A stretch of 62,214 nt of DNA, counting the filler. It is 9 parts of 9 records of this genome, joined end to end, with 100 filler letters (N's around TTAATTAATTAA, not from the genome) between each part and the next. Parts side by side here need not be neighbours in the genome. Positions count along the whole stretch, not along the records: positions 17,510 to 23,943 come from SRR20825010_543; positions 24,044 to 37,608 come from SRR20825010_544; 7 more parts are not named here. One strand, given 5' to 3'. Below the pieces are notes generated by a model. It ran no database searches and had not been told where the DNA came from. It saw only the letters and a program-made list of their open reading frames with translations. Positions 19,375 through 28,420 of this stretch are shown piece after piece. Numbering within the stretch: the stretch's first letter is position 1; each line of letters starts with the position of its first letter. The position numbers and the translations under genes were made by a program.

Positions 19375-20079
19375 ATGCCTGACGAGTCGAAGCCGGAAAC
19401 ACCCAAGCCGACCGATCACATGTCGGGTCATCGCGAACGCTTGCGCAAACGCTTTGTCGCTTCTCCTGCTGCCGTTCCCGATTACGAGTTGCTCGAACTC
19501 ATCCTCTTCCGCTCCATTCCGCGTAGGGATGTCAAACCATTAGCAAAAGATTTGATTGCCGCCTTTGGTAGTTTCGGCGCCGTCCTCCACGGCGATGAAA
19601 CTCGGCTTCGCGCATTCAAACTCGTCAAAGACGCCACCATTGCCGACTTCGCTGTCCTGCGTGAAACCACGGCCCGCATCACGCAAGCCAAGGTCATCAA
19701 GCGCGAAGTTATTTCCTCATGGGGTGCGCTGCTCGACTATTGTTTTGCAACAATGGCGCACAACACGATCGAACAATTCCGTATCCTCTTCCTCGACCGG
19801 CAGAATGTCCTGATTGCCGACGAAGTGCAGCAGACCGGCACCGTGGACCACACACCCGTCTACCCCCGCGAAGTTGTCAAACGCGCATTGGCGCTCAATG
19901 CCTCTGCTATCATCCTCGTCCACAACCATCCATCAGGCGATCCCACACCTTCGCGCGAAGACGTGGAAATGACAAAACAGATCATCGCCACCGCAAAACC
20001 TCTCGGCATCGAGATCCATGATCACCTCGTCATCGGCAAGGGCAAGCATGCGAGCTTCAAGTCTTTAGGGCTGATCTAA
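19375..20079 (+). CDS. radC: RadC family protein (JAB domain)
   Basis: GHRERLR..F, DYELLE, VYPREV, HNHPSGDPTPSRED, HDH. Confidence 0.93.
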   Translation: MPDESKPETPKPTDHMSGHRERLRKRFVASPAAVPDYELLELILFRSIPRRDVKPLAKDLIAAFGSFGAVLHGDETRLRAFKLVKDATIADFAVLRETTARITQAKVIKREVISSWGALLDYCFATMAHNTIEQFRILFLDRQNVLIADEVQQTGTVDHTPVYPREVVKRALALNASAIILVHNHPSGDPTPSREDVEMTKQIIATAKPLGIEIHDHLVIGKGKHASFKSLGLI

Positions 20080-20095
20080 GCTCCACCACCCCAAC

Positions 20096-20129
20096 AAAAA
20101 AAGCGGCACAGCACTATGTCTCGCTTTTT
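20096..20129. terminator. Probable bidirectional intrinsic terminator between radC and purU
   Basis: AAAAAGCG-N16-CGCTTTTT inverted repeat between convergent genes. Confidence 0.55.
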
Positions 20130-20160
20130 AAATTTCAACTATCGTCTTCATCGCAACCCG

Positions 20161-21045
20161 CTACCCCACTCGGTCAGAAGCATAGCTTCCCGGACTTGGC
20201 GGAAAGACGACCGTGCGATCACCGTTGATAAAAATTTGATGATGGATATGCGCGTGCACGGCGCGCGCCAGAACCTGTGCCTCAACATCGCGCCCCAGCG
20301 AAACATAGTCGTCGGCGCTCTGCGCATGTGTCACTCGCACAGTGTCCTGATCGATAATGGGACCTTCATCCAGATTGGCCGTCACATAATGAGCCGTCGC
20401 GCCGATCAGTTTCACACCACGCTGATAGGCCTGCCGATAAGGCGTTGCGCCCTTAAAGCTTGGCAGAAACGAATGGTGGATATTGATAATCTTGCCAGAC
20501 ATCGCCTGACACATAGTGTCCGACAAAATTTGCATATAGCGCGCAAGGACAATCAACTCTGTCCCGCTGCTTGTCACCAGTTCCATGATCCGCGTTTCCG
20601 CTTCCGCCTTATTGTCCGGCGTCACTGGAATGTAGTGAAATGGAATATCGTGGTTCACAACCACTTTCTGATGATCGAAATGATTGGAGACGACACCAAC
20701 AATATCAATCGGCAAAGCGCCTATTTTCCAGCGATAGAGGAGATCGTTCAGACAGTGCCCGAAACGTGACACCATCAGCAGCACTTTCATGCGCTGGCTG
20801 GCATCGTGAATTTCCGTCGCCATCTCGAATTTCTCCGCGATGGGCACCAGACCTTCCTGAATCTCGGCCTGTGTTGCCCCGCCTTCGGAGATAAAGCTGA
20901 TCCGCATAAAGAATTTCTGCGCACCCAGATCGTCAAATTGCGAACTATCGATAATGTTGCAATTCATCTGGGCCAGATAGCCCGACAAAGCGGCCACAAT
21001 CCCGCGTCTGGATTTGCAATTGACCGTCAATATGTACTTACTCAT
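20161..21045 (-). CDS. purU: Formyltetrahydrofolate deformylase
   Basis: N-terminal ACT domain, HCLNDLL, VLARYMQILS, INIHHSFLPSFKGA.PY, LDEGPII. Confidence 0.95.
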   Translation of the reverse strand: MSKYILTVNCKSRRGIVAALSGYLAQMNCNIIDSSQFDDLGAQKFFMRISFISEGGATQAEIQEGLVPIAEKFEMATEIHDASQRMKVLLMVSRFGHCLNDLLYRWKIGALPIDIVGVVSNHFDHQKVVVNHDIPFHYIPVTPDNKAEAETRIMELVTSSGTELIVLARYMQILSDTMCQAMSGKIINIHHSFLPSFKGATPYRQAYQRGVKLIGATAHYVTANLDEGPIIDQDTVRVTHAQSADDYVSLGRDVEAQVLARAVHAHIHHQIFINGDRTVVFPPSPGSYASDRVG

Positions 21046-21054
21046 CGGGCGTCT

Positions 21055-21179
21055 TTCTGCAAAACAAGCCTGTCATCGCACTAAGATTTCACAGCCACCG
21101 GAGGTCATCATCCGCCGTGGCACGGCTTAGATGACGCCTCCGGTGCCCGAAATCAACAGGCGAGACCTGTTTTACAGAA
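21055..21179. repeat. Long imperfect inverted repeat (hairpin) upstream of purU
   Basis: Six nested complementary blocks read directly from the sequence (see findings). Confidence 0.8.
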
Positions 21180-21226
21180 CTCCGGCATCAGGGCGGCCCG
21201 ATCAGAGCAAATCCCTGCGGAATGCC

Positions 21227-22720
21227 TCAACCAGCAAACACACCCGCATGCTTACCGGCCCAAGGCTGCGCGGCTTCCAGTTCATAGGCCAACGAGAATA
21301 GTGTCGCTTCATTGCCTTTGGCGGCTGCAAACTGGCTGCCGATGGGCAAACCACTGGCGCTAAAGCCCAGCGGCACAGACATGGCAGGCGTTCCCGCCAC
21401 ATTATGCACCGGCGTATAGGACACATAGTCGGTCGTGCGCTTGAACAGCGTATCAAAATCCACTGTCGGTGCCTGCTGGCCGAGCTTGGGAGCGGCCGAT
21501 GCCAGCACCGGCGTCAGCCACACATCATAGTCCTCCATGAATGTCGCGATCTGCGCTTCCACCTGCTTGAAATACGCCAACGACTGCGCCATCGCATCTT
21601 TCGGCTTGCTTGCATAAAACTTCGCAAGGCCCAGCGTCCATGGTTCCAGCACGTCTTCAGGTTTGGCGCCCATCTCCTTGGCAAGCCCGACAAGATTTGC
21701 CGGACCGGATGCCCAGACAGTCAAAAACTTGTCGATGAATTCGCGCCCCTCGATCGGGTCTTTCACCGGCACGATCTCGTGCCCCAGCCCCTCGCACAGT
21801 TTCGCGGTTGCTTCTATGGCCGCTTTCACATCCGCGTCCGGTTCCAGCCCGAAATAGTTCTGGGTGTTGAAAGCAATTTTCAGGCGCTTCTTTGCCGGTC
21901 CGGTCACAAATCCGGTCGGCTTGAATGTCGCCGCCTCGGCATGGCTTTCCGACAGCGAATAAACCATCGCACTGTCACGCACGCTGATGCTGACGCAATT
22001 TTTCACGCCGATATCACCGGGCATCGGCATGCCCTTGAGATCGAACCGCCCGCGGCTCGGCTTCAGACCAAACACACCGCAAGCCGAAGCCGGAATGCGG
22101 ATCGATCCGCCGCCATCGGATGCATGCGCCACAGGCACCATGCCGCTGGCCACAGCCGCCGCAGCCCCGCCCGACGATCCACCTGTCGAGTAGTCCAGCG
22201 CCCAGGGGTTGCGGCACGGGCCGAGCGTCAGCGATTCCGTTGTCCCCAGCAGGCCGAATTCCGGCGTATTGGTCTTGCCCAGCACGATCATGCCTGCATC
22301 AAGCACGCTCTGCGCAGTGCTATCGGTCTTGTCGGCAATACCCGCGCCGAAAATACGCGAGCCATGTGTCGTCGACAGACCCGCCACATCATCAAGGTCT
22401 TTGATCAGATAAGGCACACCGGCAAGCGGGCTGTCAGGCAGTTTGCCCTTGGCGGCAGCCCGCGCGGCATCATAGTCATGCGCCACCACGGCATTGACCT
22501 TGGGGTTCACAGCTTCGATGCGCTTGATCGCAGCCTCCACCAGCTCCAGCGCCGAGACTTTGCCCGACTTCACCAAACCGGCCTGGCCCATCGCGTCCAC
22601 ACCCGAAAAGGCATCCCCCGCAAAGGCAAGGCGCGGCATCAGCCCGCCTGCGGCACCTGCCAGCAATGCGCTCGCTGCCGTCGTCCCCAAAAAACTGCGC
22701 CGCGTAAAATTCATGCTCAT
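21227..22720 (-). CDS. Tat-exported amidase-signature family enzyme
   Basis: TRRSFLG twin-arginine signal; Ser-cisSer-Lys elements [22 protein letters not shown]. Confidence 0.9.
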   Translation of the reverse strand: MSMNFTRRSFLGTTAASALLAGAAGGLMPRLAFAGDAFSGVDAMGQAGLVKSGKVSALELVEAAIKRIEAVNPKVNAVVAHDYDAARAAAKGKLPDSPLAGVPYLIKDLDDVAGLSTTHGSRIFGAGIADKTDSTAQSVLDAGMIVLGKTNTPEFGLLGTTESLTLGPCRNPWALDYSTGGSSGGAAAAVASGMVPVAHASDGGGSIRIPASACGVFGLKPSRGRFDLKGMPMPGDIGVKNCVSISVRDSAMVYSLSESHAEAATFKPTGFVTGPAKKRLKIAFNTQNYFGLEPDADVKAAIEATAKLCEGLGHEIVPVKDPIEGREFIDKFLTVWASGPANLVGLAKEMGAKPEDVLEPWTLGLAKFYASKPKDAMAQSLAYFKQVEAQIATFMEDYDVWLTPVLASAAPKLGQQAPTVDFDTLFKRTTDYVSYTPVHNVAGTPAMSVPLGFSASGLPIGSQFAAAKGNEATLFSLAYELEAAQPWAGKHAGVFAG

Positions 22721-22831
22721 GCCGCATCCTCCCTCTTTTGAATCATTGCCTGCATGATACCTGTCAGAACAAATGAAAAAATGAGATAAGATTGCAAATC
22801 TCTTTCAATTTTTCAGAATAAGAAGCCAGCC

Positions 22832-23782
22832 ATGCAGCCAAATCTTGTCGATCAGCTTGAGGTTTTCCTCGTCGTGGCCGAAACCGGCAGCTTTTCCGCT
22901 GCCGCAAAGCGGCTTGGCCGCGCGGTTTCCGCCGTCAGCTATGCCATCGGCAATCTGGAAAACCAATATGGCCTCACCCTATTCGACCGCTCCGCTTATC
23001 GGCCTGCGCTAACCGAAGATGGCCGCGCCCTCCTGCTCGATGCCGAGATCATCTTCCGCCGCCTTGATCGCCTGAATGCGCGTGTCTCCGCCCTCAAGCA
23101 TGGTCAGGATGTCGAGATCAGACTCGCCGTTGATGCCGCCTTCAGCCAGCCGCTTCTGGCCGAAGCAATCGCCGCGCTTCTATCGGAATATCCCCATGTC
23201 GATCTCCGCATCAAAACGGTGCACGAAACAGACGCCATGCAGCAATTGCGTGACGGCCATGTCCAGATCGCCTTGGTCGGACTGGAAAACGGCCTGCAAG
23301 GCAAGGGCATAGACGGACGTGACATTGCCTTGGCTAGCCATCACATCATTGCCGCACCCGGTCATCCTTTAGCGGCTCTGCCAGACGGCTTCCCTCTATC
23401 CGCGCTTGATGATCACCGCCAGATCATTGTCGCCGATCCCGCTCTCGACAGCCGCCAGTTCGACTATCGCGTCCACACAACAGACGTGATCATCGTCGAC
23501 ACCTACGCCATGCAGATCGAACTCATCCGGCAGGGCGCAGCATGGGGCTTTGCCTTACGCCATCATGCGGCCGCCGATATTGCCGCCGGCCACCTCCACG
23601 AGCTTCGTTGCGCCGCCGTGGAGCATCCCGGCTTTATGCGCTTTGGCGCGGTCTGGATGGTCAAAAATCCCCCTGGCCCCGCCGCCACCCGCCTGCTCGA
23701 CATCATCGGCGCGGCAGACCCCCATGCCACCGCCCCGCATCGCAAGCCGCAACAAGCCATAAAACGGCAGAAAAAGGCGTGA
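22832..23782 (+). CDS. LysR-family transcriptional regulator
   Basis: N-terminal HTH GSFSAAAKRLGRAVSAVSYAI..LE...G..LFDR; divergent from the amidase. Confidence 0.92.
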   Translation: MQPNLVDQLEVFLVVAETGSFSAAAKRLGRAVSAVSYAIGNLENQYGLTLFDRSAYRPALTEDGRALLLDAEIIFRRLDRLNARVSALKHGQDVEIRLAVDAAFSQPLLAEAIAALLSEYPHVDLRIKTVHETDAMQQLRDGHVQIALVGLENGLQGKGIDGRDIALASHHIIAAPGHPLAALPDGFPLSALDDHRQIIVADPALDSRQFDYRVHTTDVIIVDTYAMQIELIRQGAAWGFALRHHAAADIAAGHLHELRCAAVEHPGFMRFGAVWMVKNPPGPAATRLLDIIGAADPHATAPHRKPQQAIKRQKKA

Positions 23783-23859
23783 TTTTGAGTCCTATTGAGG
23801 GTACCACCCCCTTCTGCTAAACCCTCCTCCATCCCACCCGCTTGTAAAGAGGCATGCCC

Positions 23860-23943
23860 ATGATCCCCCGCTATTCGCGGCCCGAAATGGTTTCTATCTG
23901 GACCCCGGAAACAAAGTTCCGCATCTGGTTCGAGATCGAGGCC
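23860..23943 (+). CDS. purB: Adenylosuccinate lyase, N-terminal fragment
   Basis: Hand translation MIPRYSRPEMVSIWTPETKFRIWFEIEA. Confidence 0.88.
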
Positions 23944-24043
23944 NNNNNNNNNNNNNNNNNNNNNNNNNNNNNNNNNNNNNNNNNNNNTTAATTAATTAAN
24001 NNNNNNNNNNNNNNNNNNNNNNNNNNNNNNNNNNNNNNNNNNN
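23944..24043. other. Artificial contig spacer
   Basis: N44-TTAATTAATTAA-N44. Confidence 0.98.
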
Positions 24044-24184
24044 GATGTGATGGAGGAACTGGTCAAGTTCACCCTGCTCACGCGCGATATCCGCGACCAT
24101 CTGGTTGATCGCTATTCGGAACGGGTCGAAAGCCGCGCCGAATTGTCAAAGCGGGTCAATCAGGCTCAGGCGGTCGGCAGCTAA
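24044..24184 (+). CDS. 3' fragment of an unidentified protein
   Basis: Open frame DVMEELVKFTLLTRDIRDHLVDRY...AVGS* from the contig edge. Confidence 0.45.
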   Translation, partial: DVMEELVKFTLLTRDIRDHLVDRYSERVESRAELSKRVNQAQAVGS

Positions 24185-24196
24185 CCGGGGAGGGGA

Positions 24197-24961
24197 TCAC
24201 AGCGAGGCTGTGATGCCTCCATCCACATACAACGTGTGTCCGTTGACAAAGCTCGACGCGTCCGAGGACAGGAAGACACAAGCGCCCACCAGTTCCTCAA
24301 CATTGCCCCAGCGACCTGCGGGCGTGCGTTTTTCCAGCCATGCGGAAAACTCGGGGTCATCAACCAGCGCCTTGTTCAAGGGTGTGTCGAAATAACCGGG
24401 CGCAATCGCGTTGCACTGCAGCCCGTGACGCGCCCAATCGGTCGCCATGCCCTTGGTCAGGTTGCCGACTGCGCCCTTGGTCGTGGTGTAGGGCGCGATG
24501 CCGGGACGGGCGAGCGCGGTCTGAACAGAGGCGATATTGATGATCTTGCCGCGCCCGCGTTCGATCATGTGGCGGGCGCAGGCCTGCCCGACGTGAAAAA
24601 CACTGGCCACGTTGGTTTGCAGCAGCTTTTCGAACATCTCTGCGGGGAAATCCTCTAGCGGTGTACGGTGTTGCATTCCGGCGTTGTTCACAAGGATGTC
24701 GATGGCACCATGTTCGGCCTCAAAGCCATCAATGGCTCCGCGAACGCCCGCGTGGTCGGTGGCGTCGAACGCGAGTTCAAACACTGTTGCGCCTTCACCT
24801 CGCAGGGTTTCGGCTGCGGCGGACAGCTTGGCCGTGTCGCGCCCGTTCAGCACAACCTCGGCGCCCGCCTGTGCCAGCCCGCGCGCCAGCGCCAGCCCGA
24901 TGCCTTGTGATGATCCGGTGATCAGCGCGCGCCGACCGTTCAGCGAAAACAGATCTGACAT
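24197..24961 (-). CDS. SDR oxidoreductase, gluconate 5-dehydrogenase (IdnO)-like
   Basis: TGSSQGIG, NNAG, YTTTKG (YxxxK), ARPGIAPY, VDGGITASL. Confidence 0.85.
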   Translation of the reverse strand: MSDLFSLNGRRALITGSSQGIGLALARGLAQAGAEVVLNGRDTAKLSAAAETLRGEGATVFELAFDATDHAGVRGAIDGFEAEHGAIDILVNNAGMQHRTPLEDFPAEMFEKLLQTNVASVFHVGQACARHMIERGRGKIINIASVQTALARPGIAPYTTTKGAVGNLTKGMATDWARHGLQCNAIAPGYFDTPLNKALVDDPEFSAWLEKRTPAGRWGNVEELVGACVFLSSDASSFVNGHTLYVDGGITASL

Positions 24962-25030
24962 GAAACCCCTCCTCTTTTTCCTTGCTCGGGATTGCGCGCA
25001 GCGACGAGGAGGGATGTCAAGCTGAAGGTG

Positions 25031-26089
25031 TTACCGCAAACGGGCCTCTGTCGTGCCGTCAAAGAACAGCGCATCGGTGGGGTCGAAGGTCACGTCCACC
25101 GCGCTGTTTTCTGGGATTTCCTCGTCGCCACGGGTTTCGACGATCATCTTGCCGCCATCCGGCGTCAGAATGTGGTCATAGGCCACGCCCCCCAGCCGCT
25201 CACGGATGTCCAGTGTCAGGCCACCGCCCTCCACCACAGTCAGGTTCTGGGGACGGACCCCCACCAGCACCGGGCTGCCCTCGACGGGCAGAGTGACATT
25301 GGCGGATACCTCACGGCCCCCCAACGCGGGGACCGTCACCGCGTTGCCCGTCGCCGTTCCGGCTAGAAAGTTCATACTGGGAGAGCCGATAAACCCGGCG
25401 ACAAAGCGGTTATCCGGGTCTTTGTACAGATGCATCGGCGCGCCGACCTGTTCAATCCGGCCAGCGCGTAGCACCACGATCTTGTCAGCAAGGGTCATCG
25501 CCTCGACCTGATCGTGGGTGACATAGATCATCGTCGCACCGATTTCCTTGTGCAGGCGGGCGATTTCCACACGCATGTCGACACGCAGTTCAGCGTCTAG
25601 GTTCGACAGTGGCTCATCAAACAGGAATACCTCCGGCCCGCGCACAATGGCGCGCCCGATGGCGACCCGCTGGCGTTGACCACCGGACAGCGCCTTGGGC
25701 TTGCGTTTCAGGTAGTCGTCCAGTTTCAGGATGCGCGATGCTTCTGCGACCTTTTCCTTGATCTCGGCTTTTGGGTGGCCGTTCATCCGCAGCCCAAATC
25801 CCATGTTTTCCTCGACCGACATGTGTGGATACAGGGCGTAGGTCTGGAACACCATTGCCACGCCGCGCTCTGCTGGTTCGGCGCGGGTTACATCCCGCAC
25901 GCCGATCTCGACCTTGCCGTCAGTCGTCTCTTCGAGACCCGCGATCATCCGCAACAGAGTCGACTTTCCGCAGCCCGATGGACCGACAAAGACGCAAAAC
26001 TCCCCTTCGTCGATCCCTAGCGAGACTTCGTGGATGACTTTTGTCTCCCCGTATTTCTTGACGACGTTCGTCAAAGTGACACCGGACAT
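25031..26089 (-). CDS. Sugar ABC transporter ATP-binding protein (MalK-like)
   Basis: GPSGCGKS, LSGGQRQR, DEPLSNLD, GFIGSP. Confidence 0.95.
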   Translation of the reverse strand: MSGVTLTNVVKKYGETKVIHEVSLGIDEGEFCVFVGPSGCGKSTLLRMIAGLEETTDGKVEIGVRDVTRAEPAERGVAMVFQTYALYPHMSVEENMGFGLRMNGHPKAEIKEKVAEASRILKLDDYLKRKPKALSGGQRQRVAIGRAIVRGPEVFLFDEPLSNLDAELRVDMRVEIARLHKEIGATMIYVTHDQVEAMTLADKIVVLRAGRIEQVGAPMHLYKDPDNRFVAGFIGSPSMNFLAGTATGNAVTVPALGGREVSANVTLPVEGSPVLVGVRPQNLTVVEGGGLTLDIRERLGGVAYDHILTPDGGKMIVETRGDEEIPENSAVDVTFDPTDALFFDGTTEARLR

Positions 26090-26105
26090 GGGCGCTCCTC
26101 CCCCG

Positions 26106-26888
26106 TTAACCCGGAAACTGCCAGGTGCTGGCAGCCTCGGAAATCTCTTCGGCCGTTTTCAGAAGGGCGGGCCGAAAAGCGGCCAACCCCTCCAGCGAAT
26201 TGCGTTGTGTCGAATTGGTGATCGACAGCGCGCCAATCACCCGCCCCGCGCCGGACAGGATCGGGGCGGCGATGCAGATGATGCCCGGCTCATGTTCTTC
26301 GCGGTCATAGGCGATGCCCGCCTCCCGGATGGCATCCAGTTCGGCGCGAAATGTGGCGGCATCGGTCAGGGTTGCGGCTGTGTGGCGGTAAAAGGACTGT
26401 CGCGCGATCGCGGTTTCCCGGTCCGGCTCTGCTAGGTGGGCGATCATCGCTTTACCGACGCCGGTGCAATAGCCCGGTCCCACCTTGCCAGCAGCGGAAA
26501 ACATCTCGATCGGGCGCACGGCGTTGCGTTTGTCGACATACAGCACCTGCCCCTCGTCCAACTGGGCCAAGTGGATCGTTTCCCCAACCTGTCGCGACAG
26601 ATCATCCAGAAACGGTCGCGCCACCGGGGCCAAAGAGCTTTGCCGCCACGCGGTATGCGCCAGCCGTACCAGCCGTAGCCCCAGCGCATAGGTCTGCGAG
26701 GCGTCGTCGTAACGCAGCATCCCTTGGTTCACGAGCGTTTGTAGCAGGCGGTATAGCGTGGCCTTTGGGTGGTTCGATGCCTCCAGAACCTCGCCGAACC
26801 GTACGGGGCGGTCAAACCCGGCCACCTGTTCCAGCACCTCAAGCGCCTTGCCAACGGTGCCGTCGCCCGCGCGTCCGTGCTGGTTCAT
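26106..26888 (-). CDS. IclR-family transcriptional regulator
   Basis: N-terminal HTH (PKATLYRLL), GETIHL, CTGVGKA, DREEHEPG..CIAAP. Confidence 0.92.
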   Translation of the reverse strand: MNQHGRAGDGTVGKALEVLEQVAGFDRPVRFGEVLEASNHPKATLYRLLQTLVNQGMLRYDDASQTYALGLRLVRLAHTAWRQSSLAPVARPFLDDLSRQVGETIHLAQLDEGQVLYVDKRNAVRPIEMFSAAGKVGPGYCTGVGKAMIAHLAEPDRETAIARQSFYRHTAATLTDAATFRAELDAIREAGIAYDREEHEPGIICIAAPILSGAGRVIGALSITNSTQRNSLEGLAAFRPALLKTAEEISEAASTWQFPG

Positions 26889-26926
26889 TGTGTCCTCCCC
26901 TGTCGCCGGTCGAACCGACGAGACTG

Positions 26927-26990
26927 TTGACAGCGATAGCCTGAATCGGTCATGGTTTCAATAGTTGGAAATAGGTTTCATTATATGGAA
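26927..26990 (+). promoter_or_regulatory. Candidate promoter and tandem IclR operators
   Basis: TTGACA at 26927; two GGTTTCA-N5-TGGAA pseudo-palindromes at 26954 and 26974. Confidence 0.6.
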
Positions 26991-27014
26991 CCGTCCGGCA
27001 TTTGGGAGGATACC

Positions 27015-28265
27015 ATGCTGAAGACTTTCACGCGCGCCGCCGGTGCGCTTGTTCTGACCACCGCGCTTGCACAACCGGCCTACGCCGAACTGTCGGGCAC
27101 ACTCCGGATCATGTCGGACATGTCGAACCCGGCGCCCCGCGCCATCATCGAAGGGTTGGCCGCTGATTTTGACGCGATGCACCCCGATCTCACGGTTGAG
27201 GTCGACGTGGTCGACCGCGAGGCTTGGAAAAGCCAGATCCGCAATGCTCTGACCGCCGATGCGCCAGATGTGATCAACTGGTACGCCGCAAACCGCATGG
27301 GCCCCTATGTCCGCGCGGGCCTGTTCGAGGACATCACGGACATGTGGGAAAACGGCGATCTGACCGGCCTCGACAGCGTCAAGGGCGCGATGACGATGGA
27401 CGGCAAGCAGTGGGGCGTGCCCTATACCTACTACCAGTGGGGCATCTACTACCGCGAAGACATCTTTGATGAACTCGGCCTGACAGAGCCTGCGACCTTC
27501 GAAGAAGAGATCGCCAACTGCCAGAAAATCCTCGATTCAGGTCGCAAGTGCTACACCATCGGGACCAAGTTCCTGTGGACCGCGGGCGGCTGGTTCGATT
27601 ACCTCAATATGCGCACCAACGGCTTTGACCACCACATGGCACTGGCCCGGGGTGAGTTGTCATGGACAGAGGACGAAGGCGTGCGCGCCACCTTTGCCAA
27701 CTGGCGCAAGCTGATCGACATGGGCGCCTTCATCGACGATCACCAGACCTATTCTTGGCAAGAGGCGCTGCCCTTCTTCGTCAAGGGTGAGGCAACGGCC
27801 TACCTGATGGGGAACTTCGTGGTGCCGCACCTGCGCGAGGCTGGACTGACCGACGATCAGATCGACTTTTACCAATTCCCCAAGATCGGCGATCATCCGA
27901 TGGGCGAAGACGCACCGACGGACACCTTCCACATCGCGTCGAACGCCAAGAACAAAGAGGCCGCGCGCGCCTTCCTGCAATATGTGACCTCGCCCGAGGT
28001 GCAGACCAAAATCAACGCCGCCGATGGTCTGGGCCAACTTCCGGTCAACTCAAACGCAACCGTTGGCGACGATGAATTCTTGCAGCAGGGCTTTGTCATG
28101 CTGTCGCAAAACGCAACCGGCGGAATTGCCCAGTTCTTTGACCGCGACTTCCCGGCAGAGATGGCCAAGACCGGCATGGAGGGCCTGCAAGAGTTCATGG
28201 TGTTCCCTGACAACCTTGACGACATCCTTGAGCGGCTCGAGTTCACCCGGCAAGACGTCTACTGA
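27015..28265 (+). CDS. Carbohydrate ABC transporter substrate-binding protein
   Basis: GGAGG RBS, signal peptide, GKQWGVP, family-1 SBP features; heads the permease genes. Confidence 0.92.
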   Translation: MLKTFTRAAGALVLTTALAQPAYAELSGTLRIMSDMSNPAPRAIIEGLAADFDAMHPDLTVEVDVVDREAWKSQIRNALTADAPDVINWYAANRMGPYVRAGLFEDITDMWENGDLTGLDSVKGAMTMDGKQWGVPYTYYQWGIYYREDIFDELGLTEPATFEEEIANCQKILDSGRKCYTIGTKFLWTAGGWFDYLNMRTNGFDHHMALARGELSWTEDEGVRATFANWRKLIDMGAFIDDHQTYSWQEALPFFVKGEATAYLMGNFVVPHLREAGLTDDQIDFYQFPKIGDHPMGEDAPTDTFHIASNAKNKEAARAFLQYVTSPEVQTKINAADGLGQLPVNSNATVGDDEFLQQGFVMLSQNATGGIAQFFDRDFPAEMAKTGMEGLQEFMVFPDNLDDILERLEFTRQDVY

Positions 28266-28330
28266 CGGCGCGGCGGGGCAATCCCGCCCTCTCGTCACGG
28301 GTCCGGACATGTGCCGGGCCCGTACATCTT

Positions 28331-28388
28331 CCCCGGCAGCCATTTCTTCTTGGCTAAAATACTCCGGGGGTTTGGGGGCTGGCCCCCA
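28331..28388 (+). repeat. Structured intergenic repeat, copy 1
   Basis: CCCCGG..TTCTTCTTGGCTAAAATACTCCGGGGG followed by a GGGGGC..GCCCCC hairpin; similar to 47983-48041. Confidence 0.7.
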
Positions 28389-28420
28389 CTCTGACACCTC
28401 CAAACGCGCAGGGTCCGTTC

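Noticed and set aside
19375..20079. RadC/JAB protein as a mobile-element or CBASS-associated gene
   Set aside because: Full-length chromosomal radC next to map; no integrase, cyclase or E1/E2 genes
21404..22741. 445-aa plus-strand ORF
   Set aside because: Antisense shadow of the amidase
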